From Priapulus caudatus (taxonomy: Eukaryota), in assembly GCF_000485595.1 (NCBI RefSeq), contig NW_014577066.1, positions 600,076 through 664,075 on the forward strand: a stretch of DNA of 64,000 nucleotides. The letters are read 5' to 3'. Each line of letters begins with the position of its first letter. Position 1 is the stretch's first letter. Below the pieces are notes generated by a model. The model was given only the letters and a program-made list of their open reading frames with translations, ran no database searches and was not told the origin of the DNA. The position numbers were made by a program, and so were the translations under genes. Below are positions 1 through 11,768 of the stretch, piece after piece.

Positions 1-207
1 GGAGGGAATGTTCCCCCTTCTTTTACACCTCTTGACCTTTGACCTTTGACCCCCAGCTTCGACATCACAACTCGTTTTGACGTTTCCCCCCAACCTCGAG
101 CGGTTAAGATTTGTGCCCAACTGTTGACGGACGCACGGACGGACGCTCGCACGGACGATCATGCGATTCTACAAGCTGCATCTGACTATGTCAGATGAGC
201 TAAAAAC
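1..207 (+). mobile_element. 3' part of a Helentron/HINE (DINE-like) non-autonomous element
   Basis: TGACCTT repeats, (GGAC)n microsatellite, terminal stem-loop catctgac-tat-gtcagatg followed by agctaaaaa. Confidence 0.55.
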
Positions 208-325
208 ACTACCACATTATGTTAACCTTTCGTTACACTTCTCTCGTCCAAATGTTTGGAATTACAAACGTATTTCGCATATGTTATGGTTTCTCAATTT
301 CTCATGTCTACTACTTTTTATGAAG

Positions 326-592
326 CATGGGTCGAAATCACAAGGGGCCCGTATTTTAAGGCTCGGGCCTGACATTTCTAATTCTAGCAAGCACGACGGG
401 CCCATAGAAAATCCCCCCACCCCCAGCATGCAAAACCGTCCCTGGCATACCAGCGAGGATGAAAAGTTACCGCAGTATCGCTCACTTGTGTCAAGTTTGT
501 GTCAAGGCCTGTAATTTTCCTGGCGGGCCTGTAAAATCACTTACCTACAGGCCCGGCTAGCCTGTAAATTTTCAAACTAATTTCTACCCCTG
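326..592. mobile_element. Probable hAT-like MITE
   Basis: Imperfect TIR catgggtcgaaat / atttctacccctg and subterminal gggcc repeats; TSD not clean. Confidence 0.5.
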
Positions 593-1794
593 TGAAGGCA
601 ATTAGGAAATGATAGCATAAGTTAACGATACCGTGGGTAACCCCTTGTCGACCAAGTTCTCTTACCGACCAACGAATGTCCGATTTTTGTGTAATGCTCT
701 GAGACGTCTTCATCCTCACAAGTGAAATCGTCCGTGTCTATCACCTCAGATGAATTCATTTTCAACATCGCAATGTTGAAAATGTAGTCTTTCTCTCACC
801 CAGCAAACTAGCGTTGCATCATGTTTAGAAGCTAATGAGCCAGTTAATTATTGCACTGGAGTTATATAGCCATTAATCCACTGCTAGTGCTGCTACCTGC
901 AAATAATGGACCCAATTATAGTTAGCACCACAGCTTAGTTTAGCACATTTGTGATAGTGACAGTTGGGCTCCCAAACTAGGAGTGAGCACAAGTAATGTG
1001 CATGGAAAGATATATTCTTAGTATCTAGATAAACGCTTCCATAATTTGATACACGTCACGTGCTACATTTTATTTATACGTCGACATAGTAGTACTTGAC
1101 ATCTTCATAACATTTTTGTTAATATTTTGCTGTTATGCATAGGCGGGCCACTGCAGAGTCAATGTGGGTGGATTAGCGTCAGTGTTTCAGTGCTAAAAAA
1201 CCAATTACATCTTTACTACAGCAATTACATCACTAAAGACGGGTAGCGTGTTAGATTCTGCACACACCCTAACTAACTACGCCACGGCACTCGTTAACCA
1301 CCGACAAACTTCATTTCGCGCAGAAGTTGCAGGGCTAGATTTTTCCAGACTTTTGTGTTTTTAAGCAATTATTTCAAAATAAATCCTATTTATAATGTTC
1401 TAGTGAAATAGAGGGATAAATTGGATTAACATTGCATTTTATTTTTACCAATTACCACTACTAGAGTAGAGGCTGTCAACTATAAGTATAAGTATAACCA
1501 AGAGCTCATAATAGAGAAGAGTATGACACCGTTTTCACAGCGTTTTGCATAGTTTTCAACTTGTAAATATTCTATCAATATGTAAATAAATATATTCAAA
1601 CTTTACCTTGTTTTCGTTTATGAATCTCCCTTAATCATATGACACCACCAATTTACCTGAAAATCGTATGTGTTCTTCAAAAAAGTTCTTTAAATACGAC
1701 ACGGTTTCACACAGTTTTCCCAAATGTTCGCAGTGTCCTTACTTACTTTTCATGTAAAAAAATGGCAATACATTTAAAAAAAAAAATACACTAT

Positions 1795-2787
1795 NNNNNN
1801 NNNNNNNNNNNNNNNNNNNNNNNNNNNNNNNNNNNNNNNNNNNNNNNNNNNNNNNNNNNNNNNNNNNNNNNNNNNNNNNNNNNNNNNNNNNNNNNNNNNN
1901 NNNNNNNNNNNNNNNNNNNNNNNNNNNNNNNNNNNNNNNNNNNNNNNNNNNNNNNNNNNNNNNNNNNNNNNNNNNNNNNNNNNNNNNNNNNNNNNNNNNN
2001 NNNNNNNNNNNNNNNNNNNNNNNNNNNNNNNNNNNNNNNNNNNNNNNNNNNNNNNNNNNNNNNNNNNNNNNNNNNNNNNNNNNNNNNNNNNNNNNNNNNN
2101 NNNNNNNNNNNNNNNNNNNNNNNNNNNNNNNNNNNNNNNNNNNNNNNNNNNNNNNNNNNNNNNNNNNNNNNNNNNNNNNNNNNNNNNNNNNNNNNNNNNN
2201 NNNNNNNNNNNNNNNNNNNNNNNNNNNNNNNNNNNNNNNNNNNNNNNNNNNNNNNNNNNNNNNNNNNNNNNNNNNNNNNNNNNNNNNNNNNNNNNNNNNN
2301 NNNNNNNNNNNNNNNNNNNNNNNNNNNNNNNNNNNNNNNNNNNNNNNNNNNNNNNNNNNNNNNNNNNNNNNNNNNNNNNNNNNNNNNNNNNNNNNNNNNN
2401 NNNNNNNNNNNNNNNNNNNNNNNNNNNNNNNNNNNNNNNNNNNNNNNNNNNNNNNNNNNNNNNNNNNNNNNNNNNNNNNNNNNNNNNNNNNNNNNNNNNN
2501 NNNNNNNNNNNNNNNNNNNNNNNNNNNNNNNNNNNNNNNNNNNNNNNNNNNNNNNNNNNNNNNNNNNNNNNNNNNNNNNNNNNNNNNNNNNNNNNNNNNN
2601 NNNNNNNNNNNNNNNNNNNNNNNNNNNNNNNNNNNNNNNNNNNNNNNNNNNNNNNNNNNNNNNNNNNNNNNNNNNNNNNNNNNNNNNNNNNNNNNNNNNN
2701 NNNNNNNNNNNNNNNNNNNNNNNNNNNNNNNNNNNNNNNNNNNNNNNNNNNNNNNNNNNNNNNNNNNNNNNNNNNNNNNNNNNNNNN
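1795..2787. other. Assembly gap (993 N); smaller gaps at 4359, 11721, 18783, 24829, 28336 and 63868 lie at microsatellites
   Basis: Runs of N. Confidence 1.
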
Positions 2788-3226
2788 ATATAGAAGAAGA
2801 TATCTTCCTCTATATCTATGATGGTAATATGTATATATTGTTCTCAGCATAATTATGGGCTCTTTGGGCCCTGCCACAAGTAGATTTCCGTGAGAATCTC
2901 TAACGCTTTTTTACCACAAGTTTTAAAGCGGCCAAGTTACTCGTATCCTATGTAATAAGATTTGTACTAATAAAAGTTGCAAAGATATTAAAAATCCGAT
3001 CATTATTTTATGAAAAATTTGATAAAATAGTGATACGAAATAATGCGCGAACTTTGTCACGAATTCTTCCGGGTCAAGTAATTTGTGACAAAATATTTCG
3101 TATTTCGACCGTACAGTATACATACGCATGCATCTGTGTCATTGTAATCCTACAGTCTTCGCGTGTGCACGTACACGTGCGTGCGTGCGTGTGATCGTAC
3201 ACGTGCGCGTGTGCGTGCATACGTAT

Positions 3227-3265
3227 CAAGAGCACATAATAGAGAGTCTCTATTATGTGCTCTTG
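3227..3265. mobile_element. Hairpin remnant (P-like excision footprint), CAAGAGCACATAAT arms
   Basis: 19-bp perfect inverted arms flanked by 8-bp direct repeat ATACGTAT (3219-3226, 3266-3273). Confidence 0.7.
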
Positions 3266-3407
3266 ATACGTATGTACGACACGTGCGTGCGTGCGTGTGC
3301 ACGTACACGTGCACGTAGGTCTACACGTACGTACCAAGGTACCAAGGTACGTACGTGCGTGCGTGTGCACGTACACGTGCGTGCGTGCGTGTGCACGTAC
3401 ATGTGTG

Positions 3408-3443
<36 letters not shown>

Positions 3444-4773
3444 TGTGCACGTACACGTGCGTGCGTACGTGCGTGTGCACGTACACGTGCGTGCGTGCGT
3501 GCGTGTGCACGTAGTCCTTACGTTGACATGTACAGCGCGTCGTTCGAACGGGTTTCATTTTGGCGCCATGCGAGTCTAGGAGACGACCACCGTGGTAGTT
3601 CAAATATGTAGGTGGAAAAGATTAGACGTCGTGCGAAATAAAGTGTGCGTGTAAGGTTATACATGCATTATATCTATAAATTAAGTACGGGTAGAATCAG
3701 GAGACAGCGATGACCACACACACATGATGTGTCGTGTTCGAGTGGCATTATTCAGCGCGAAATGAATGAAATTCGCAGTGGATTATATATTGAGACCTAG
3801 ACGACGACTACTCGAGTCACACATTAATTGTGTTCAATAGACAAATATGTAGCCGAACAGAGTTAGAGAGTTACAGAGAACTATACTTTGTTTGGTTATA
3901 TGTTCGTATCTAGGTATTTGTTTGCATGTTTACGTTCATTGAATGGGTATAATTCCTACGAATTAAATTCATGAATAAATTTAAATTTAAATAAAGAGAC
4001 ATTCAATTGAAAGATTTCAAGATATATGTAGCGTTACATTATATATACATTTCTTTCTTTGCGCATATGATATGTGTAATACAGTATATATATATATATA
4101 TATATATACTTTTTGATAAGAAATACTAACATATATTGTATGGCAAATTGTGTGGCAAATTCGGGTTTAATGTTTCAATATTTAATTGTGCATTAATTTG
4201 TTACGAATTGCTGCAGCGTGCTATGGACTATGTGGGATGTGCCGTAATGAACAATTTTTTATGGATGTGCTTACACATTATCACATATCACTTAATTTAT
4301 GCTATCCTCAGCTTAGTTCCTGTATACTAAGTAGTGAAGGGCCCTATATATATATAGGNNNNNNNNNNNNNNNNNNNNNNNNNCACACACACACACACAC
4401 ACGCACGCACGCACACACACACAAACACACACACATACATTCAAGAGCATTATTATATGTAAATCGTTGGCGCCGAAACTCAAGGTCAATGTTTTTTGTC
4501 TGCGCCATGTCCGACCATGGATTTTATCAGATATAGATCGTTTGCTATTCAACGCGAAGTGGATTCATTCATTGAATACGTGTTAAATTATATTAATATA
4601 CGTCGTTAAATTATATTTCCGTAAATCCATAAATCCGTGGCATCCTGAATACAATTAGAATGCTAGTAATTACAAGATATCGATTACGATGAAATAGCAT
4701 ATACTTCGATTGCGCCGGATTAGATGTCATGTATGTAGTGTAGATAATAATACTGTACAAAATAAACACAAGA

Positions 4774-5667
4774 ATGAGATGCGTCGTGTGTCTCGGTGTA
4801 GTCCTTGTGGGGATCTTGTACCTCCGAATGTATACAGACTGGTACGGACTTCTACCAATTAGGGGGCCTAAGCCACTCGGCCCCACACCGTTTCGTCACG
4901 AATACAGAAGCTGACATATGGAAAGATCTTTACAGAGAGGTGAAGCTTGAAGGCGATAAACCTCAATGCCCCACTTTGCCACCTGGATTTGGTAAGACAT
5001 TGTGCTTGGCCATGCTATACTAAGGCAATTACCAATAGCACGTGTGTTAACCTATCCGTCGATTCGGAAGCGAGATAATCATGCCGTCTTAGATCTTATT
5101 GCATAGACATAGGTGAGTCAAGTTCACCCATTTTTGGAGGAGTTTTTAATGTGTGAATGCCAAAACGACAAATTGTGTATATTTTTGGTGCAGGCATTGT
5201 TTGGTTACAGCACTGATCATGATTTTATAGAGTATGTCACTTACTCTACGCGTTATTATTCCAGAGCCCTTAATTGGCTGAGCAGCAGTGTTTTATGGAA
5301 ATGTACATTGATGACTTGCAGAAATATGAGATGGTATGGTATGAAAATTGCAGCTCATACTATAGATATACGTAGTATACAGTTAACGCACCATAATTAA
5401 CATACACAAATGTAATTTGCTGTAAGATATTAATGCTATATATTGATTCTAATGGTAGGTGGCAGTAAGGAATAAGATTTTCTAATACGTTAATTTTATG
5501 CTGTATATCGTGATGGTAGGTGGCAAAAGTCATGCGGTCAAGTTGTCACTGGACAGCACCCAATGGGTGCAAATGGAATTGAAATTGGCCAGTGTTCAGC
5601 AAGGTGGAAGATGAAAGCCAGTGGATTGTCTGTCGCAACACAGGGTGGCTATCATTATTGTATACAG
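4774..5667 (+). pseudogene. Disabled, 3'-truncated GT7-family beta-1,4-galactosyl/GalNAc-transferase (B4GALT/bre-4-like)
   Basis: ATG 4774 opens a TM-like MRCVVCLGVVLVGILYLRMY. A different frame gives ..KPQCPTLPPGF|g ending at GT donor 4992 (gtaag). Exon 5520-5667 (AG/GT, phase-compatible) reads GGKSHAVKLSLDSTQWVQMELKLASVQQGGR*KPVDCLSQHRVAIIIVYR, matching the GT7 N-terminal motif GGxWxPxxCxxxxxVAIIIPYR with TGA (5612-5614) at the aromatic position. No downstream catalytic exons found. Confidence 0.75.
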
Positions 5668-5904
5668 GTATGGATAGCATTGTTCAGTTAGGCCAAGTAG
5701 CATCTTATTGCATCTTACAAGTAGCACCAGTTAGTACGCCCCTGACCATTTTAAACGTGTAAGCTTGGCCGAAAAACATTACCTTGGCTGGCAACCCGAC
5801 CAGCGACGCCAGCGCCATTCCAATGTACATTAGCATAGGAAAAGAATTTTGGCGGGATGCCGCTACACAAAATAAAAATTTCTTACTCTATATAAATCTA
5901 GACT

Positions 5905-6233
5905 CTATATTCTTGTTGTTTGTGCACAGCGGCGTAGCCTACATGCGGTGTACTTGTAATTGTATTATACAATTACAAGTACACCGCATGTAGGCTACGC
6001 CGCTGTGCATTTGTATTGTATATGTTGCTCACATATAAATATATAGAGACTCCTATATAGAGACTATACCTATATTCATTCTATGGCTACAGAGGAGCAT
6101 TTTCACGGCATTTACATGAAATTATCAGTAATAATAGGCGAAAGAGAGTAGAGAAACATTAAGACTTTGGTAGTAAATACATTTCGTGTTTATTTACCAT
6201 CATTTTATTATTGAAACGTTCCAAGTGCATGTG
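5905..6233. mobile_element. Rearranged partial copy (centre plus right arm) of the CACAGG MITE
   Basis: 6090-6233 matches the right arm and ends in ccaagtgcatgtg; centre motif ttcttgttgtttg..tgtgcacag at 5910. Confidence 0.75.
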
Positions 6234-6540
6234 TTTCGACCGTGGCAAATTACATTATAAGGCGCATAATCTTCCCGAATTTCTCTATGTAGGCCTACTG
6301 TATGATAATAATTATGTAAGACGAATTGTAGTATATAGTAAAAAACTTCTTTTACATTGTAAAACTTTTAAGTGGCAACTTTCGCAGTCAGTGGCGAACT
6401 GTAGAAGTTCAGGAGCAAGTGTCGCAGTGATATCGCGTGGTTTATGTTGTTAAATATTTGGGGGGATTGCTTCCGATAGAAGCGGAGACGATCCTGATAA
6501 CGCCACTAGGTCGCACTAGCAACCGACCCTTCCTCCCGCG

Positions 6541-6929
6541 CACAGGCACTTGGACACGTTTCGATAACAAATTTGAAAATGATTGTAAATAAACACGAAA
6601 TGTATTTACTACCAAAGTCGCAATGTTTATGTATGCATATTCTCTATCGACTAATAATTCAACGTAAATGCCGTTTAAATGCATCCTCTGCAACACACTT
6701 AATTTCACCTTGTAACGCACGCCACTGTGCACAAACTCACAAAAGAATAGAGTTCGTGCAAAGTGGCGTGTGTGAGGTGAAATAATTGTGTATTATGGAA
6801 GAGCGTCTGAACTGCAATCACAGGAAACTTTCAAATAATAGGCGAAAGAGAATAGATTAACGTTGAGACTTTGGTAGTAATTATGTTTCGTGATTATTTG
6901 CCATCATTGAAACGCTCCAGGTTCCTGTG
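6541..6929. mobile_element. MITE with long degenerate TIRs (CACAGGCACTTG...), 8-bp TSD
   Basis: Ends cacaggcacttgga / tccaggttcctgtg; TSD CTCCCGCG on both sides; arms shared with other copies in the window. Confidence 0.85.
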
Positions 6930-7851
6930 CTCCCGCGCAGTACCCACAGTAGCTCTAGTACTATAGCCCGCGTACAGTTGCCGCAGCGTTAACGCAGTAC
7001 GCCTGCGGCAACTGTACGCGGGCTATACCCACAGTTGACGCAAGTACCGTACAGTCTCATTTTATGGCTGGATGCAAATTATACTCGAGTTGGGTTCATA
7101 AAACGTGAAAACGCATGAATAAGAAGAAAAATAGCAAGGAATTAAGCATTCAGATTGAGCACGAATAATTCCAATAGTGATTAGATATTCTAGCCGACTA
7201 TATAAATAGCAATAAATTGCTGAACAGGAATATTAGCATAATTTATCTGAAATGTTAGAATGAAAATAAAGCGTTCTGGACTTGTGTGCCACTATTAGAT
7301 TGACAATTTGATGTGCTTGATTTAGAGAAAAGATTGAAGCGGCTGCTGAAAGTGAAATAATAGAAATCTTGACAAGTTGAGTTCGTGCATGGTTGTCATA
7401 ATGTAACCCATGGATCAACTATGACTCTACACTGGTTTCCGCGTTTACCGACCTAGACTTTTACACCAGATATATGGAAAAAATGACGCGTTTATGAGCC
7501 AGAAATTGTAGATGGGCTTTACTTGACGCTATAAGCGTCACATTAAGACGTGGTCACCGTTTGTCACCGCTTGTCAATTCAATACTGGCATGAGGTGCGA
7601 CATGCCAAGCATTGCATCCTGTCGCCACCGTTTGCTGAATACAATACTTGGGTAAATACGATACGCGAATATCCGGTTCACCACGTGGCTTTGCGCACCC
7701 CCGGCAAAATGGGTTAGCTATACGCTCCTGCACATACGCGCAAGGTATTGGTAAGTTAGGTCACAATAGCTATGCTATATTTCAGACACTATTCTAACCC
7801 GCAGCTGGTTAGTAATACAAGCTAACAACTTTATGTTAGCGTGTGTTGCAT

Positions 7852-8880
7852 ATGAAAACGATGGCATTGGCCGGATTACTAACACAAAGACGACGAACAG
7901 TATCATTAGTACTGCTAATAATGGCGACGCTACTCTGCTTGAGGATACTCGGTCTGAAATTGTTTTACGTTTACTGTAATGATGGGATGGACCTCTGTCG
8001 ACATACGATCGGACACACTTACACGGAACCAGCGCCCGCTCGTCATCCGACAAGCAGTAAAATCGTCAACGACGTCATCCCCATACTCACTAGTGCAGAT
8101 GTGTGCGCAAAAAACAGCCCGCCGATCGTGATAGGAGTGTTATCGGCGGCGACTGCTGCGGGCGCGACAAGACGGAGGGCGATACGGGAGACGTGGGGAG
8201 GCGGAGAAAATGCTGCGGTCGCCGACAGCAACGTCACCATCGTGTTCGTGCTTGGAACGTGCGATAGGGACGTCACTCGGCAACGACTCGCCATCGAGGC
8301 GCGCGCGCACGGTGACGTCATCCAGGGCGCCTTCGCCGACACCTATCGCAACTTGACCATGAAGACGCTGTTCTTGCTACAATGGACATCGTCGCAGTGT
8401 CCGGACGCCACCTATCTGCTGAAAACCGACGACGACGTATTCATCAACGTCGACTCGCTACTGAAGCTGACAGGGAGCACTGCGCGCACGGGTGCGTTAA
8501 TCGGGTGTATCAATCATGGATCTAAGGTCGTGCGCTCACCGGGCTCAAAGTGGCAAGTGTCGCGCTCACTGTACAGCGCCCCCTACTATCCGGCGTACGT
8601 GGGCGGGGCTGGCTACCTCATGTCAGCGGATGTTGTTAAGGCCCTGCATGCAGCCGCCATGCGTACTGCTATGATTCCCGTAGAAGATGCCTTTATCACG
8701 GGCGTGGTAGCAGCGAGGGTCGGTGTTGTTCCGCGCAATAATGATCGGTTTGCCAGGTACGGTGCTGTGAGGCGGACACCGTGTGAGGCTCAGTACGCAA
8801 TTACTACTCATTTGCTGATGGGAGCAACCATGCCCGAATTGTGGAATATGACGAAGCGCGCTAAAACCACGAAATGTTAA
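7852..8880 (+). CDS. Intronless GT31-family beta-1,3-galactosyl/GlcNAc-transferase (B3GALT1/5-like), type II Golgi membrane protein
   Basis: Single ORF; first ATG at 7852 (alternative 7861; the track's 7843 start is GTG). N-terminal TM (VSLVLLIMATLLCLRILGL) and GT31 motifs RRRAIRETW, VFVLG, E...HGDVIQGAFADTYRNLTMKT, LLKTDDDVFIN (DxD), KWQVS..Y..YPAYVGGAGYLMS, EDAFITG. Confidence 0.95.
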   Translation: MKTMALAGLLTQRRRTVSLVLLIMATLLCLRILGLKLFYVYCNDGMDLCRHTIGHTYTEPAPARHPTSSKIVNDVIPILTSADVCAKNSPPIVIGVLSAATAAGATRRRAIRETWGGGENAAVADSNVTIVFVLGTCDRDVTRQRLAIEARAHGDVIQGAFADTYRNLTMKTLFLLQWTSSQCPDATYLLKTDDDVFINVDSLLKLTGSTARTGALIGCINHGSKVVRSPGSKWQVSRSLYSAPYYPAYVGGAGYLMSADVVKALHAAAMRTAMIPVEDAFITGVVAARVGVVPRNNDRFARYGAVRRTPCEAQYAITTHLLMGATMPELWNMTKRAKTTKC

Positions 8881-9279
8881 CGAGATCAATTATTCGAGTT
8901 TTAACGCGTTTGGCGAATCTTAACCTGTTCAATGTATAAAATCCCGACTACATTAAACTTTAGTTCGCCACAAATGGAACATTACATGTTTCGTTATTTT
9001 TGTCTCGGAGTCTCATTAGCTCACAAGCATTCGCCTGGCGAAACTCGTGGTTCCCTTCCTGCGAATCAAATAATATGAAAACCTTTTTTTTCACAATGGA
9101 GTATTAAATTTAATGTGCCGCGTATTAGCCCGGCAGATATGTGCAATATTTGAGGGAATTGTGATTTTTATGATACAAGCATGAGCTTTGGCACACGGTT
9201 AGAGCATGCCCCAAGGAAGATTTTTGGCTATAGGGCCATCGCATATTTGTCCCATGGCAACAATGAAGGGCTATTTTCC

Positions 9280-9925
9280 AAGATGGCCACCATTCAAATC
9301 AATTATCCTTCATTTTCAGCTAATATTCAACATAGAAACATGATCTTGGTGCCTAAACTAACATTATCGGGGTCAAGAAACACATTGCAATCAAAATCAT
9401 TATCGGTCAAAAACCGCTATCTTGAATTTCAAGTTGGCCGCCATTCAAATCCATTATCATTTAATATTTCAGCTAATACTCAACATAGAAACATGATCTT
9501 TGTGTCTAAACCAACATTATCGGGGTCAATAAACCCAGTGAAATCAAAATCATTATTGGTCGGTGGCCGCCATCTTGAATTTCAAAATGGCTGCCACTCA
9601 AATCCATTATCATTTAATATTTCAGCTAATATTCAACATAGAAACATGATCTTTGTGTCTAAACCAACATTATCGGGGTCAAGGAACACATTGCAATCAA
9701 ACTGCTTAATTAATTATCGGTCGGTGGCTGCCATCTTGAATTTTAAAACGGCTGCCATTCAAATCTATTATCATTTAATATTTCAGCTAATATTCAACAT
9801 AGAAACATGATCTTTGTGTCTAAACCAACATTATCGTGGTCAAGGAACACATTGCAATCAAAATCATTATCGGTCGGAACCCGCCATCTTGAATTTCAAA
9901 ATGGCCGCCATTCAAATCCATTATC
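9280..9925. repeat. ~153-bp tandem repeat, about 4 copies, probably transposon-internal
   Basis: tcagctaatattcaacatagaaacatgatct recurs at about 9316, 9469, 9622 and 9783. Confidence 0.9.
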
Positions 9926-10104
9926 CAATTCAATTTATTTTAATGCAATTCAATCACTTTATTTACACCTGACAATTACATTTTAAAGGTATCATATTGG
10001 TTCAACAAATTAATTAACAAAGGTAATAAATTTAAAGAGTTGTGAAGAGTCACAAGAGCTTGTGACCACAATAGATTTAAGTGTCAGTGTGCAGCGGCAG
10101 CAGG

Positions 10105-10259
10105 CAGTGTTTGTTGTAGATGAGCATTTGGACGGCATTTACAGGAAATTGTCGGCAATAATAGGTGAAAGAGAGTATAGAAACATTAAGACTTTGGTAG
10201 TAAATAGATTTCGTATTTATTTAGCATTATATTTTATTGAAACGCTCCAAGTGCCTGTG
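10105..10259. mobile_element. Solo right arm of the CACAGG MITE
   Basis: gagcatttggacggcatttacagg...gactttggtagtaaat...ccaagtgcctgtg. Confidence 0.75.
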
Positions 10260-10753
10260 GTTGACATGGCCATCGTGGTAAAAGAATCGTTTGGCTCACC
10301 AGTTGTAATTTTTGCAAATTGGGGTAGGCCCTTTAAAATCGACAGGGGCGGTTGTTCGCCAGTTCGAATGCGTAAAACAGCAACATTTACCAGCTCCAGC
10401 ATTAACCTATCTTTTGAGTTATATTACTCTTCGTCATTACCTAACATTGCTCAGGGTGCTCTGATATCTGCCAAGAAATATGTCCTTTGTTCGCTGAAAG
10501 GCAGGAAAAAACGCCGTTTAACCGACGATACTCACCTGTTTTCAACTGTTTCTCGCAATTGCGACGCTCGCGTATTTCACGTCATAGCATACCTCACACT
10601 CCGTACAGGCTGCAAAATTTGATCCCACGTCAAACTGGTCCGGGCCAGGACCGGGCTAGGCGCGAGCTACATCGCAGCGTACAGACACAAAATTCTGAAG
10701 CGTGCTAATTTGGCACGGGTTTATGGAAGGCCATTACCGCCAAAACCTACCTA

Positions 10754-10962
10754 TTTTAATCGCGCTTAAAATGTATTTTAAGCGCGATTGAATTCCAGCC
10801 AATCAGAACAGTGGTTTTTAATCGCGATTAAAATAGATTTTAAGCGCGATTAAATTCCAGCCAATCAGAACAGTGGTTTTTAATCGCGATTAAAATAGAT
10901 TTTAAGCGCGATTGAATTCCAGCCAATCATAACAGTGGTTTTTAATCGCGATTAAAATAGAT
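10754..10962. repeat. 62-bp tandem repeat (about 3.3 copies) with palindromic TTTTAATCGCGATTAAAA core
   Basis: aatcgcg at 10758, 10820, 10882, 10944. Confidence 0.9.
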
Positions 10963-11730
10963 TAATGCAGCGACCTGCAATATATACCTAATAAATAATA
11001 AAAAAATTATTTGATCACGAAAGAATTAATTTTTGCCGTTAAGTGTCGCTAGTATTATCGTAGTATATCGCGCTAATTTCGCATTTCAGTTTCTTTGATG
11101 TATGTTTGTTATTTTGTAGACAGTGGGATATTCAACCGTATACGGCAGAGTATCCACTTCCGCTATTTTACCGTACACCACATTTGCTTGGCTAGTATAT
11201 TTATGACGTAATCAACATTACGTTCGAATCCCATAAGGTTTAGCTATCTAGAAAACGTTTAAGTTCAAATCCCATTTATTTCGACACATTTGTAGCCCCG
11301 TTTAATCATAGAAGCGTATACGGTTAAATAACCACTGCGTAAGTCTAATCTCTTATAAATTTGTTGGAGTAATAAACGGGATAACCACCCTACCGTTTGT
11401 ACAGACTATGCCATATCTACCTCTTTGCTTGTCGTGGATCATTGACCCAAGAGCTGGACCCACACTACGACATTACGTTTTACGAAAACACGTTAAACGA
11501 GTTACGATCGGGGTATTGCCCACAGTCACAGTCTTCACACTAGCGAGTAACGTGGCGGTTTTCTCTCCACTGAATTATTCTAACAAAACAACAAAATGCA
11601 ATGAAGACAACTTATAGCGCTTCGTGCAGGTTTCAAAAAGCAGTGTTCAATAGCTCCGTTGTATAGGGTAGACACTCACACTGCTCTTTAGTAGCTGGAT
11701 ACAGAAAATAACACGTTAAANNNNNNNNNN

Positions 11731-11768
<38 letters not shown>

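Noticed and set aside
1639..2877. Long ORFs of 384 and 367 aa
   Set aside because: They run through the N gap; artefacts.
5612..5614. TGA as selenocysteine, Trp recoding or readthrough
   Set aside because: The position is aromatic (Trp) in the family, not Cys; other lesions are present; the neighbouring genes use TGG for Trp. A nonsense mutation is simpler.
10062..10622. 186-aa ORF
   Set aside because: Starts at GTG, overlaps a MITE arm and has no recognisable domain.
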